A stretch of DNA of 44,417 bases. Source: a virus (taxonomy: Duplodnaviria; Caudoviricetes). The position numbers and the translations under genes are program-made. The notes below the pieces were generated by a model. That model saw nothing but the letters and a program-made list of their open reading frames with translations, made no database searches and was not told the origin of the DNA. Position 1 is the stretch's first letter; every line of letters begins with the position of its first letter. This document shows, in pieces, positions 1 to 8,966 of the stretch. The stretch spans positions 1 through 44,417 of IMG/VR virus record IMGVR_UViG_3300041097_000022; one strand, written 5' to 3'.

Positions 1-309
1 TTATTTAATCCAATGCGCAGTCTTACGGCGCTGCGGCCAGGTGGCAACCATGAGTAGGAGCGCGGCGGAATAGAATGCAGTGCCAATTGTGATGAACGGG
101 GAAAGAAAATGATCTGGAAGTGATTCGTGAAAGACCAGAACGTTAAGCATGAATGCCAACAGCGTCAACAAACGAACTTCGATGCTCTCGAAGCGGTTAA
201 GTAGACCGTAGCCGATGATTTGAAGGAGCAGAGCCAGGCGCTGGATGGGATTAAGCCGTTGCCAGAGGATGGGGATCAGTTCTTCAAGATTTGGAGGATT
301 CCTTTTCAT
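1..309 (-). CDS. Small membrane protein, co-transcribed with the repressor
   Basis: 102 aa with 2-3 hydrophobic segments; overlaps the 3' end of the repressor. Confidence 0.6.
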   Translation of the reverse strand: MKRNPPNLEELIPILWQRLNPIQRLALLLQIIGYGLLNRFESIEVRLLTLLAFMLNVLVFHESLPDHFLSPFITIGTAFYSAALLLMVATWPQRRKTAHWIK

Positions 310-646
310 TTGCTGTAATATATTTTTGGATCTGTTCTTCGATCTTGCGTTTTTGGCTCTCTTTTAATTTGGAAGCAGCAGAGCTGGCATACGTCACAAA
401 CGGATCAGGGCGGGGGAGATCGAGAACGTCATAAACTTCCAACCCTAATTTTTCAGCAATGTTTCTGATATTTTCAATCGAAGGTTCAAACTTACCGCTG
501 AGCCAATAAGAGACAAGCGGACGGCTTACCTCGAGGTAATCGGCAAATTTATCCAGCGATATTCTATGTCCTTGCTCCCTTTCGAATTGCTGAAGTTTTA
601 ATAACAAGAAGTCTGAGAATTTCGTCACGCATCCAGTGTACATCAA
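284..646 (-). CDS. XRE-family HTH repressor (cI-like)
   Basis: ISLDKFADYLEVSRPLVSYWLSGKFEPSIENIRNIAEKLG is an HTH_3 signature; divergent from the cro-like gene; exact start uncertain. Confidence 0.85.
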   Translation of the reverse strand: MMYTGCVTKFSDFLLLKLQQFEREQGHRISLDKFADYLEVSRPLVSYWLSGKFEPSIENIRNIAEKLGLEVYDVLDLPRPDPFVTYASSAASKLKESQKRKIEEQIQKYITANEKESSKS

Positions 647-668
647 ATATCTTTCCTGGCAAATGCGC

Positions 669-729
669 TTGACAAAACCGTCAAAGAATATATAATGGTA
701 AATATATTTACCAAATGTAATGAATTTAC
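669..729 (+). promoter_or_regulatory. Rightward early promoter with operator palindromes
   Basis: TTGACA (669-674), 16 nt, TATAAT (691-696); TTGAC-N6-GTCAA (669-684); perfect 18-bp palindrome TGGTAAATATATTTACCA (696-713); weaker GTAA-N5-TTAC (717-729). Confidence 0.8.
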
Positions 730-738
730 GGAGCAGGA

Positions 739-1050
739 ATGCATAATCAAATACGAACGCGTAAAATAGTCAAAAAATATCGGAAAGAGCTAGGGTTTAC
801 CCAGCGAGCATTTGCTAAGAATTTAGGACAGAGCATTAAGAATATTGGCATTACCCACGCCACGATTGGTAACTGGGAGGCGGGGAAACATGAGCCGGGG
901 ACCGATTTTCTGTTGCTGGTCATGATGGTTTATTCAGACTGGCGCATGGAATGGGCGATCGACTGCCTGTGTGCGAAACTGCCCGAGGTTTTTGACCGGG
1001 ACGAACACGGCGCTCTGACGACGTTGAAGCGCGCTGTTTTAGCGGGATAA
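739..1050 (+). CDS. Cro-like XRE HTH regulator
   Basis: YRKELGFTQRAFAKNLG...ITHATIGNWEAGKHEP HTH; GGAG RBS; first gene of the rightward operon. Confidence 0.85.
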   Translation: MHNQIRTRKIVKKYRKELGFTQRAFAKNLGQSIKNIGITHATIGNWEAGKHEPGTDFLLLVMMVYSDWRMEWAIDCLCAKLPEVFDRDEHGALTTLKRAVLAG

Positions 1051-1056
1051 AGATGC

Positions 1057-1221
1057 ATGCGAACCTCATATCAGACCATCGATCTGTCGCTGGTGCCGGT
1101 GCCATTGAGACCGGATCAGGAAGAAGGTTATCGGCTGGCGATCAAGATCATCGTGGAATTTATCCTGGAATACCTGGAACAAGAAGCGCAGTCCCCGGAA
1201 TTGGAGGACTGCGCTCATTAA
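1057..1221 (+). CDS. Small hypothetical protein (54 aa, MRTSYQTIDLSLVPVPLRPDQEEGYRLAIKIIVEFILEYLEQEAQSPELEDCAH), not in ORF track
   Basis: Hand translation; follows cro directly; more protein-like than the overlapping 1053..1283 ORF. Confidence 0.55.
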   Translation: MRTSYQTIDLSLVPVPLRPDQEEGYRLAIKIIVEFILEYLEQEAQSPELEDCAH

Positions 1222-1302
1222 ATTGGCTTGGCATGAATGGATCACTCCTTTCTGCACACCTTTTGATGGCAATTTCAAAATAGCACAGGATAAGGCAAAT
1301 AA

Positions 1303-1788
1303 GTGGAAATGGGTCATTTCAGTAACGAATTTGGTTCCAAATTGCTGGTTGGATTGGCGGTTTTTGTTGTGATGGCCAGTCCGATCTTTGGCTATTTTTA
1401 TAACCGCCTGATGAACCGTTTGGATGGAGATCATGAACACACGTCCATGTATGTGGCAGGCGGAGTTTTATTTACGCTAGGAATGGCTGCATTGATCTCC
1501 TGGAAAGCATCGTTATTGATGTTGATCCTCTTCATGCTGGATGGTTTTCCCATGATCGTTGGCGAGTTCGCCAGGACGGAAAAGAAGATCAAATCTCCAC
1601 GCAGGAGACGAATGCCGTATGCAGCGAACGGTTTACTCGATGAGGCGAAAATGTCCAGCGAGGAGGCCCGGCGATTGATGAACAAGCCACAAATCACGCA
1701 AGACGATCTGCGATTGATCGACCATGAAATAGCAACGACCATTTTGAAAATCATGGAAGTCAAGCAGATCCAACAAATTCAGCGGTAA
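1303..1788 (+). CDS. Hypothetical membrane protein
   Basis: About three hydrophobic segments and a charged helical C-terminus. Confidence 0.65.
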   Translation: MEMGHFSNEFGSKLLVGLAVFVVMASPIFGYFYNRLMNRLDGDHEHTSMYVAGGVLFTLGMAALISWKASLLMLILFMLDGFPMIVGEFARTEKKIKSPRRRRMPYAANGLLDEAKMSSEEARRLMNKPQITQDDLRLIDHEIATTILKIMEVKQIQQIQR

Positions 1789-1829
1789 CGGGCACAAACA
1801 GGCCCGACGCACTCTCCTCCTTTGGGGAA

Positions 1830-1860
1830 GCCCTGAGCGGTCTGGTGAGCCGCTCAGGGC
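1830..1860 (+). other. GC-rich stem-loop (no U-tract) in the early operon
   Basis: GCCCTGAGCGG...CCGCTCAGGGC, 11-bp perfect inverted repeat. Confidence 0.55.
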
Positions 1861-1893
1861 CAAGGGAGGGCAACGGATGGAATGGAGGCACAC

Positions 1894-2049
1894 ATGTACA
1901 CATGTCACTACGATTGGCCGAACGAACAATGGAACGTCTTTGAGGTTGTGGATGGACATGAGATCTATTTAAGGTTCTTTCCAACGGCTGATGAAGCCAT
2001 GGCATTTTGCAATTCCGCAAACGTTCCGGCGAACCAGGAGAGCCGATAA
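1894..2049 (+). CDS. Small hypothetical protein (51 aa, MYTCHYDWPNEQWNVFEVVDGHEIYLRFFPTADEAMAFCNSANVPANQESR), not in ORF track
   Basis: GGAGG RBS; TAATG stop/start overlap with the recombinase. Confidence 0.65.
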   Translation: MYTCHYDWPNEQWNVFEVVDGHEIYLRFFPTADEAMAFCNSANVPANQESR

Positions 2050-3017
2050 TGCAAACATCAACGATCACTCAATTCCAGGTCGCTCAGGGCTGGGCTGATC
2101 AGTTCCGTCTGTTCATGGAACAGGATTACCGCAAGGTCAGTCCGACCCATCACCGGCCAGGCGAAAAAACGATCAAGGCGGCATGCCAACATATGCGCGT
2201 CTTCGCTAAATGGTGGGAGGCAAAATACAGCGACGTTTTCGAGCCGTTCAAGATCACGAACTACGACCTGCATGCATATCGCCATCATTCTCTCGAGGAA
2301 GCCCGCGTGGCTCCTAATACCTGGAACGTCCGGTTGTGGGCGCTCGGGATTTTCTGCGCATGGATCGAGTCGACCCTGGGTGCGTCCTACGGAAATTTAA
2401 TGGACGGCATCGAGCCCAAGGAATGTGGGTTGCGACCTGGGCGATATCGCAGTCTGACCGATCAGGAATTCGGCTTCCTTGTGCATCGTGCCGAACGCCG
2501 GACGCGGGAAGCGGTCACGCATTTTGAACATTGGACCGCGGTCCGCAATCAGGCTATCGTCTCGCTGATGTTGTTTGCCGGTCTGCGCGTCGACGAGGTT
2601 TCCTTGCTGGACGTGACCGACATCGAAATCAACGAGCGCAGCGGGTCCGTGCGGGTCCGCAACGGGAAAGGCAGCAAGGAGCGCGTCGTGCCGCTGGGAC
2701 GCTCCGCTCGCAGGGCGATCGGTGAATGGATGAACTGCCAGGGGAATTCTCCTGCTACTGTTTTATTTACGGGCAAGGCGAGCAAACGGCTGACCACACG
2801 ACAAATCGAGCGCATCGTTTCTGCGCTGGGCGATGAAGCGCGCATCCCTGGGCTGAGTCCACATTGGCTGCGCTATCACTATGCCAAATCGCTGGAGAAG
2901 TCGGGGGTTGCTATCGAGAAGATACGGGACCTTTTGGGTCATGGGTCCATCGAAACAACCCGACGTTACCTGGCATCGTCATTTGAGGAATTGCAGAACG
3001 CGGTGGAGGCGATGTGA
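2049..3017 (+). CDS. Tyrosine recombinase, XerC/D-like
   Basis: Catalytic motifs GLRVDEV, GKGSKER, HWLRY, LLGH...TTRRY; CAGGAG RBS before ATG 2049. Confidence 0.93.
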   Translation: MQTSTITQFQVAQGWADQFRLFMEQDYRKVSPTHHRPGEKTIKAACQHMRVFAKWWEAKYSDVFEPFKITNYDLHAYRHHSLEEARVAPNTWNVRLWALGIFCAWIESTLGASYGNLMDGIEPKECGLRPGRYRSLTDQEFGFLVHRAERRTREAVTHFEHWTAVRNQAIVSLMLFAGLRVDEVSLLDVTDIEINERSGSVRVRNGKGSKERVVPLGRSARRAIGEWMNCQGNSPATVLFTGKASKRLTTRQIERIVSALGDEARIPGLSPHWLRYHYAKSLEKSGVAIEKIRDLLGHGSIETTRRYLASSFEELQNAVEAM

Positions 3018-3283
3018 TGAAAACGAAGGCTGTTCATTCGTCAACCGATACACATTGCATGTATTGCGGGAATTTCATCCCGGCAGGCATGACCTTTCGC
3101 CAAGTCTACAACGATCAAGGATTTCTTATCGGTGATCGATGCTATCAAAAATGCCCCGCTATAAAAAAGACCGTCCTTGTTTTTGAGGGCGAAGAACTTG
3201 AGTTCAAAGAAATAGAAAAAAAGGAGTCAGGAACCAAGAGAATAACTAAATCAAAAATGTTGACCGCCAGAAACGCCAAGTGA
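3014..3283 (+). CDS. Hypothetical protein, possible Zn-binding
   Basis: CMYC ... CYQKC; overlaps the recombinase stop. Confidence 0.55.
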   Translation: MMKTKAVHSSTDTHCMYCGNFIPAGMTFRQVYNDQGFLIGDRCYQKCPAIKKTVLVFEGEELEFKEIEKKESGTKRITKSKMLTARNAK

Positions 3284-3425
3284 CATTGCCAACTCATGAT
3301 GCTAGCCACGGTGCACAACGCACGGCGATGAATAATTAAAGCAGTAGTAGAAAGAATCGTAATGTTCACATTATTCATGCGTTATGTGGCTTGGGCGTGG
3401 CTCTCCCTGAAAACGGATCTGGTTT

Positions 3426-3453
3426 GGGTCGGAGAATGTGGATTATGCGACAG
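3426..3453 (+). other. dif-like 11-6-11 recombination site candidate
   Basis: GGGTCGGAGAA-TGTGGA-TTATGCGACAG; extra inverted arm TGTCGCATAA at 3513-3522. Confidence 0.5.
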
Positions 3454-3640
3454 ATAACGGGCGATCCGGGCGGTTGTTGACCGTCAGGATAGGGACTAAG
3501 GGCAGAGTTTTTTGTCGCATAAGGCAGAGGGGGGAGGGGGTGCCGGGGATTCGTTCCCGGCCACAGCAGGCGGTTGGGGGCTGGTTTGCTGGAGTAACTA
3601 CAAAATTTCCAGGAAATTTCTGGATAAACCGGAGATGTAG

Positions 3641-6600
3641 ATGTCGGACTTTCATGATTTCATCGCAGAGTTGAAGCACTGGATCAGGATCGAGGACGTG
3701 ATCAGCGAGTCTGTTGAGTTGGAGAGGAACAACGGACGAGGGTTCACGCGTGGGGCGAAGCGAGGGGCGGGAGAACATGGCCTGGTGGTGGACATGGATG
3801 GGCAGCGATATGCCTGGAATGGGAACCCTGATTATGGTGGTGGGCGCTACCAGGATGTGATCTCCTGGGTGATGATCCGGGATCGGACCGACTTCAAGCG
3901 TGCGGTGGAGATACTGGCGCACAAGGCCGGGATGGAGATGCCGAAATGGAGCGAGGAGCAACAGGTCCGGTTTGCGGCAGTACGTGCGCAGGAGGATGTG
4001 CTCGAGACTGCCCAGCGTGTGTTCGCAGAGTGGTTGTGGAAGGATGAAAAAGCGCTGGTTTATGTCCGAGGGCGGGGCTGGACGGATGAGACGATCAAGG
4101 CAGCGGGATTGGGGTTCACCGGCTGGGGGACGGATGCAGAGTATGAACTTATGAAGAACGCAATCGCTGCTACTAATGATTTGCATTCTCCGGCGGCGGT
4201 GGCGATCCTGGGGCTGAGGGGCGGCATCGTGAGCTGGTGCGAGAAACGAGGCATCAGCCCGAAGAGCAGCTGGGTGAGCAATGATTACATCCCATCGATG
4301 CTGGGATGGAACAAGAAGTTTGGTTTGATCTATCCATGCAATTATCTTGGTAGAACAAATTATCTATATCGCCGTCACCTGGAGTTAAATGAGGATGGTC
4401 AATTGATCGGTTCGAACGAGCCGAAGAGCTATAACCTGCCGCGTGAATTAGTGGGTGAGCGCCAGTTGTTTTACAACCATGCCTATGCACCACATTCGGA
4501 ACGGGTGGTGTTCGTCGAGGGACCAGGGGATGCGGTGACACTGGGACAATGGGGCGTGGCGTCTGTTGCCATTGCGGGAACAGCCTGGGCGGATCATGAG
4601 GCAGATCTGCGCCGTATCAGAGAGGCAACAGTGGGGGATGAACCAGCACATGAAGCGTTGTATGTGGCGCTGGATGCAGACAAGGCCGGTTCCGATGCGG
4701 TCCGTGGAAAGAATGGGGAATGGCCACTGGTGGAGATCCTGGGGGCAATGTGCCGCGTAGTGGTATGGCCAGAGAAGGACGCCAATGACTGGCTGCAATG
4801 GATGATGAAATCAGGCGTGTCATTGGAAGACCAGAAATCGACTGCTTTGCAGCAGATCGGGATGGCAAAGCCACTGGCGATCGAAGTTGCAAAATGGGCG
4901 GGGTTGCAGGTGGATGATCACTCGAAAGCGAAGGCTGTGAAGCGTGCATTTCAGGTGATCGCACAGATGGGGGATGAAGCTCAGATCATGCAATATGTGC
5001 CAGATTTCCTGGCTGCATTCAAACCGCTTGGGGAGACGGTGAAAGGGGTGCGGGAATTTACACGCCTGCTGAAGAGCGCCCTGGGAAAAGCCGAGGATGA
5101 TGACGGCAAGAAGGGAGAGGTGATCTATACCTACGGCGGACGCATCGGGGAATGGCTGGTGGAATATTGTTATGACGATGAAACCGGAAAGGCGAAGTTT
5201 GCATACCGGGATCCAAACGGGAAAGTGGATGAGGCAGTCGAGCTTGTGATCGATGGGAAAAAATACAAGCCAATGATCCCGGATGACAAGATGATCACCA
5301 GGGGAGCGATCACACTGCCATCAGGGCTGGCGAGAAATGCAGACGGCAGCGTGGACCGAAAAAGCACGCGGGAATTGACGATCATCATATCCGTTGCGAT
5401 CCGGAGAAATTATTTATTCCGTGATCACAAATGGCCCATGCTGGCAGCGTATTGGACGCTGGGAACCTGGCTGTACGATAATTTTTCTGAACTGGTCTAT
5501 CTCCGGATGGTGGGGGATGCAGGGGCGGGCAAGAGCGCATTGCTGAACCTGCTCGGGCAGATGTGTTACCGGGCTGTAAAAATGAGCGGCGCGGACAGCG
5601 AAAGCACCTTTTTCAGGGTGGTGGATGACTGGCGCGGTGTCGTGCTATTCGAGGAGGCTGATCTGCCGGAAGGCAGCGGTCCTGAAAACCCGATTGTGAA
5701 ATTTGTGAACCTGGGAGCGATGCGCGGGAATTTCATCTTCAGGAACGAGGAGTTCGTGCGAGGAGACGGGACAAAGGTCTGGAGACCGACGCCATTTGAA
5801 ACCTACTGCCCGAAAATGTTTGCGATGCGAGGCGATTTTCTCGACAACGCAGTCACATCGAGGGCAATCAGCATCAAACTCACAGCGGCGGAAACGAGCG
5901 AATTACGGGATGCCAATGAGGGGAAGGGAATTCCACTGCGACTGGTGGACGCGGAGCGCTCCAAATTGAAGCACATCCGTAACCTATGCCTGACATGGCG
6001 ATTATTCGAGTACAGCTTGAAGGAACGGGAGCTGGGATGGGACCTGGTGGACGTAGAGATCCCAGCAAGGTTCAACCAGGTGACCGTTCCGATGAAGAGC
6101 CTGGCGGTGAACATTGACGGGACGCGGGATGAAGAATTTTTGAACCAGGTGACAGTGCTGCTGCGCGAACATTACCAGGATGTGATCGGGGACAACGCAA
6201 CCACCTGGGAGGCGAGGACAGCGGAGGCAATGTGGAAACTGTACGTCTATTCCGATCTGCATCCGCGTCTGGTGATCAAAAGCAACGGCGAGATCTTCAT
6301 GAAGGTGGGCGATATCGCTGCACTGGCAAACAACATTGCGGATGAGATGAACGAGGAGGGGGCTGACCTGCGGATCAAAAAAACCGAGGTGGAGACCTAT
6401 ACCACGAAGGATGGAGAGGAACGGGTGGTGGAGAAAAAACCGAAAAAGACCTACGAAAAATCCGCACAGAGCATTGGAAAGATTTTGCGAAATTCATTCC
6501 AACTGGCGATCCCACCACGGACTGGGAAGGGGTTCATGGTGGTTTGGGACGATTCGAAAATGGAGGGGATAGGGAAAAAATATGGATGCCTGCCATCGGA

Positions 6601-6691
6601 GGAGAAAATCGAGGAGGCGCGGCAGAAATTGGCAGCTTTGAGGGCAAAAATGGTGAAACCAGAGCAATTGGGGCTGGAGGTGAACCAGTGA
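3641..6691 (+). CDS. DNA primase (TOPRIM) fused to a C-terminal P-loop NTPase/helicase-like domain
   Basis: DnaG-like N-terminus (RGRGWTDETIKAAGLGF), TOPRIM VFVEGPGDA and ALDADKAG; Walker A GDAGAGKS, Walker B-like VVLFEEAD. Confidence 0.85.
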   Translation: MSDFHDFIAELKHWIRIEDVISESVELERNNGRGFTRGAKRGAGEHGLVVDMDGQRYAWNGNPDYGGGRYQDVISWVMIRDRTDFKRAVEILAHKAGMEMPKWSEEQQVRFAAVRAQEDVLETAQRVFAEWLWKDEKALVYVRGRGWTDETIKAAGLGFTGWGTDAEYELMKNAIAATNDLHSPAAVAILGLRGGIVSWCEKRGISPKSSWVSNDYIPSMLGWNKKFGLIYPCNYLGRTNYLYRRHLELNEDGQLIGSNEPKSYNLPRELVGERQLFYNHAYAPHSERVVFVEGPGDAVTLGQWGVASVAIAGTAWADHEADLRRIREATVGDEPAHEALYVALDADKAGSDAVRGKNGEWPLVEILGAMCRVVVWPEKDANDWLQWMMKSGVSLEDQKSTALQQIGMAKPLAIEVAKWAGLQVDDHSKAKAVKRAFQVIAQMGDEAQIMQYVPDFLAAFKPLGETVKGVREFTRLLKSALGKAEDDDGKKGEVIYTYGGRIGEWLVEYCYDDETGKAKFAYRDPNGKVDEAVELVIDGKKYKPMIPDDKMITRGAITLPSGLARNADGSVDRKSTRELTIIISVAIRRNYLFRDHKWPMLAAYWTLGTWLYDNFSELVYLRMVGDAGAGKSALLNLLGQMCYRAVKMSGADSESTFFRVVDDWRGVVLFEEADLPEGSGPENPIVKFVNLGAMRGNFIFRNEEFVRGDGTKVWRPTPFETYCPKMFAMRGDFLDNAVTSRAISIKLTAAETSELRDANEGKGIPLRLVDAERSKLKHIRNLCLTWRLFEYSLKERELGWDLVDVEIPARFNQVTVPMKSLAVNIDGTRDEEFLNQVTVLLREHYQDVIGDNATTWEARTAEAMWKLYVYSDLHPRLVIKSNGEIFMKVGDIAALANNIADEMNEEGADLRIKKTEVETYTTKDGEERVVEKKPKKTYEKSAQSIGKILRNSFQLAIPPRTGKGFMVVWDDSKMEGIGKKYGCLPSEEKIEEARQKLAALRAKMVKPEQLGLEVNQ

Positions 6692-6952
6692 ACAGAAAAT
6701 GGGGCTGGAGAGTGCAATACATAATGTTTTGCACCCGGTTGGCGGATTCATGTTCACATGTTCACTGGGCAGCACCTATGGCATGTTTTGGCATTTTTTG
6801 CTTGTTTAGTCCCATATATAGCAATTGGTTATTCATGAAGAAGTGTACTTATATGAAGAATATGACGACAGTATGCGTCAATATGCCTTGTATCTAATGA
6901 ACAAGTGAACATCAAAAAACAGGCATGTTCACTAAAACGGCTTCATGTTCAT
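6680..6952. repeat. Iteron-like TGTTCA(C/T) repeats in both orientations; putative replication origin
   Basis: Copies near 6680, 6688, 6751, 6759, 6897, 6905, 6926 and 6946 in an AT-rich gap after the primase. Confidence 0.6.
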
Positions 6953-6997
6953 TAAAAATCTCGAAAAACTGCGCATAGATTTGAAATAGGAGCGACT

Positions 6998-7261
6998 GTG
7001 GAACGAAAAACAAATAATTCAATCGTAGACGGAACAAGCCTGGCAGTGAGGCAGTTCGTGGCGCTCCTGAGGGGGGAGGATGTTCCACATGAACCACGGA
7101 ATCCATGGAGGGTGGAGGCGGTGAGGGTTGAGATGCGTTACTGCATGAGCTGCTGCGGGGAACGGTGGTTCGACGTGATAAAGGCGAAGACCACAGGCGA
7201 CCAGGGGAAAACCCTGCCCATATCAATTGCAAAATGCAGATGCTGCGGCGCGGAGGTATGA
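6998..7261 (+). CDS. Small Zn-ribbon protein
   Basis: CMSCC...CRCC; AGGAG RBS before a GTG start. Confidence 0.65.
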   Translation: MERKTNNSIVDGTSLAVRQFVALLRGEDVPHEPRNPWRVEAVRVEMRYCMSCCGERWFDVIKAKTTGDQGKTLPISIAKCRCCGAEV

Positions 7262-7262
7262 G

Positions 7263-7376
7263 ATGGACGAAGAAAAACGAAAGGTATTAGCCCTGCAGGT
7301 GGGGTTGATCGTAATCGTCGCACTATGGATATGCCTGGCGTTGACAGGCGTGGTGATGGGCGTCTTGAGAGGTTGA
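7263..7376 (+). CDS. 37-aa single-TM peptide (MDEEKRKVLALQVGLIVIVALWICLALTGVVMGVLRG), not in ORF track
   Basis: GGAGG RBS; fills the gap between its neighbours exactly. Confidence 0.55.
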   Translation: MDEEKRKVLALQVGLIVIVALWICLALTGVVMGVLRG

Positions 7377-7377
7377 C

Positions 7378-8064
7378 ATGATGAACGAACCGCGAAATTG
7401 GAAATGGATGGTGCCGTCGTCGCTGACGATCGTGTTCCTGGCGCTGTATGGGGAGACCACTGATTGGGGGTCATGGTCAAATCTGTGGCTGGGACTGGCA
7501 GTGATCTGCGCCATCGCCGGGCTGCTGAACCTGGTGCTGTATGCGTACGCGCACGCGGGGCAGGTGGTGATGGAGGCGAGGTTGGCGATGAGCAATACGC
7601 CGGAGGTGAGGATGTTCGAAGCTGCCCGAGGCATGCACCCGGAGGCGGTCCGCCTGCTATTGACGCAGCGCAAAACGGTGTGGCGGGTGAGGTATGTGCC
7701 GGTGGAGGATATGGTGGACTGGGTGCTGGATGAGGCTCCGAGTGTGCATGTGGGGTTCGTAGAGTTCGTGTTGAACAATTCCAATGCTGATGGGCTGATG
7801 CCGAAGAATTTACTCTCGGAAGGGGCGTATACGTTCGACCCGGATAAGAAGGTGCTGGACCGGGATCAGTACCAGGACCTGGTGACGCTGCTGCAGGCGA
7901 AGATGATGGTAACGCAAGCATTCGGAAACCAGAGTGCCAGGTGGATCGCTCCGTGGGAGCCGGAGACGGTGAGGAGGAGGATGGGGATCGAGGAGGGGGA
8001 TTCCGAAGCAGAGCTAAATACCGAAGCAGAGCTTCGGGAATCCGGATATGGAGGTGAGGGATGA
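7378..8064 (+). CDS. Hypothetical protein with N-terminal TM segments
   Basis: 228-aa ORF tightly packed in the operon. Confidence 0.7.
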   Translation: MMNEPRNWKWMVPSSLTIVFLALYGETTDWGSWSNLWLGLAVICAIAGLLNLVLYAYAHAGQVVMEARLAMSNTPEVRMFEAARGMHPEAVRLLLTQRKTVWRVRYVPVEDMVDWVLDEAPSVHVGFVEFVLNNSNADGLMPKNLLSEGAYTFDPDKKVLDRDQYQDLVTLLQAKMMVTQAFGNQSARWIAPWEPETVRRRMGIEEGDSEAELNTEAELRESGYGGEG

Positions 8065-8066
8065 GC
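8021..8066 (+). repeat. 46-bp repeat copy 1 (hairpin + RBS + ATG)
   Basis: CCGAAGCAGAGCTTCGGGAATCCGGATATGGAGGTGAGGGATGAGC; partial copy at 8003-8015. Confidence 0.95.
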
Positions 8067-8486
8067 AAAATAAAAGATTTGGTTATTCAGAACGAAAAAG
8101 AAGGCAATGTTGTATTTGCGTCCTTCGAGGGCATCCATTCGGCAGAGATGGACAATTTCGTGAGCCAGCCGGTTGAAGGAATACTCTATGATCTAAACCG
8201 CCTTCCCGAAGTGGTGCTGACATATATTGATGACCCGAAATGGGTAAATGATTATGCCGTGCAACTTGTAATAAAAAAATTGTATTCCAACTGGAGGCTT
8301 GCTGAAGAGCAACTCTCGAACCTCCGTCCGCGCTTGGATGCGGCGGATAATCTGGCGGAGGCGGCAGAATATCCCCTGTTGGCTACGCTCGATGGAAAGA
8401 AACGCCTGGACGTTGCAGTGCGTGAATACCGAAAGGCAGGATCCGAAGCAGAGCTTCGGGAATCCGGATATGGAGGTGAGGGATGA
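8061..8486 (+). CDS. Hypothetical protein bracketed by 46-bp direct repeats
   Basis: 141 aa; same C-terminus EAELRESGYGGEG as the upstream gene because both are encoded by the repeat. Confidence 0.7.
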   Translation: MSKIKDLVIQNEKEGNVVFASFEGIHSAEMDNFVSQPVEGILYDLNRLPEVVLTYIDDPKWVNDYAVQLVIKKLYSNWRLAEEQLSNLRPRLDAADNLAEAAEYPLLATLDGKKRLDVAVREYRKAGSEAELRESGYGGEG

Positions 8487-8488
8487 GC
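8443..8488 (+). repeat. 46-bp repeat copy 2
   Basis: Identical to 8021-8066. Confidence 0.95.
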
Positions 8489-8929
8489 GATAGGAGTTTC
8501 AAAACCATCAATGTGATTCTGTTCATTGCGTTCATCGCTTTTATGCGTGGGGTAGTGTGGGTTGTGATGAGCGCGTATCAATGGTTCGTCGGTTTGCCGA
8601 TCAAGGTGCATGTCGTGGTCCTTACGATCGTGGTGGTCACGCTGGCGTACCTGTTTCTGAGGGTGGTTATCGTGGATATCCTGAGACGACCGAGAAAACA
8701 TGGGTTGGGGAGGGAGGTGCGCCTGAATGCCTGGAATAGCAGGACGTATTTTACAAGCGGGCTGTTCTATGACCAAGATTTTGACACCGGCACCGAATAC
8801 GTTTTTTATGAGACGGATGAGCAGCTGGAGATCGCTCAGGAGTTTTTTCCCGGGGCGGTCATTGCCAGGATGACGCCAGAGATGAAGCAATACTGGCTGC
8901 ATCCGTCTCTTGGGACGAGAGGTTATTGA
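8483..8929 (+). CDS. Hypothetical membrane protein
   Basis: Two N-terminal hydrophobic helices; starts inside repeat copy 2. Confidence 0.7.
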   Translation: MSDRSFKTINVILFIAFIAFMRGVVWVVMSAYQWFVGLPIKVHVVVLTIVVVTLAYLFLRVVIVDILRRPRKHGLGREVRLNAWNSRTYFTSGLFYDQDFDTGTEYVFYETDEQLEIAQEFFPGAVIARMTPEMKQYWLHPSLGTRGY

Positions 8930-8966
8930 GCGCAAGAAAAATATCATGCGATAAGGAGATTATGAA

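Noticed and set aside
2049-3017. Calling this recombinase the prophage integrase or an integron integrase
   Set aside because: Located inside the early operon away from the tRNA junction; no IntI-specific insertion or attC-like sites recognised
6544-6897. 117-aa ORF overlapping the primase end
   Set aside because: Overlaps the primase out of frame and runs through the repeat-rich putative origin; unnatural composition
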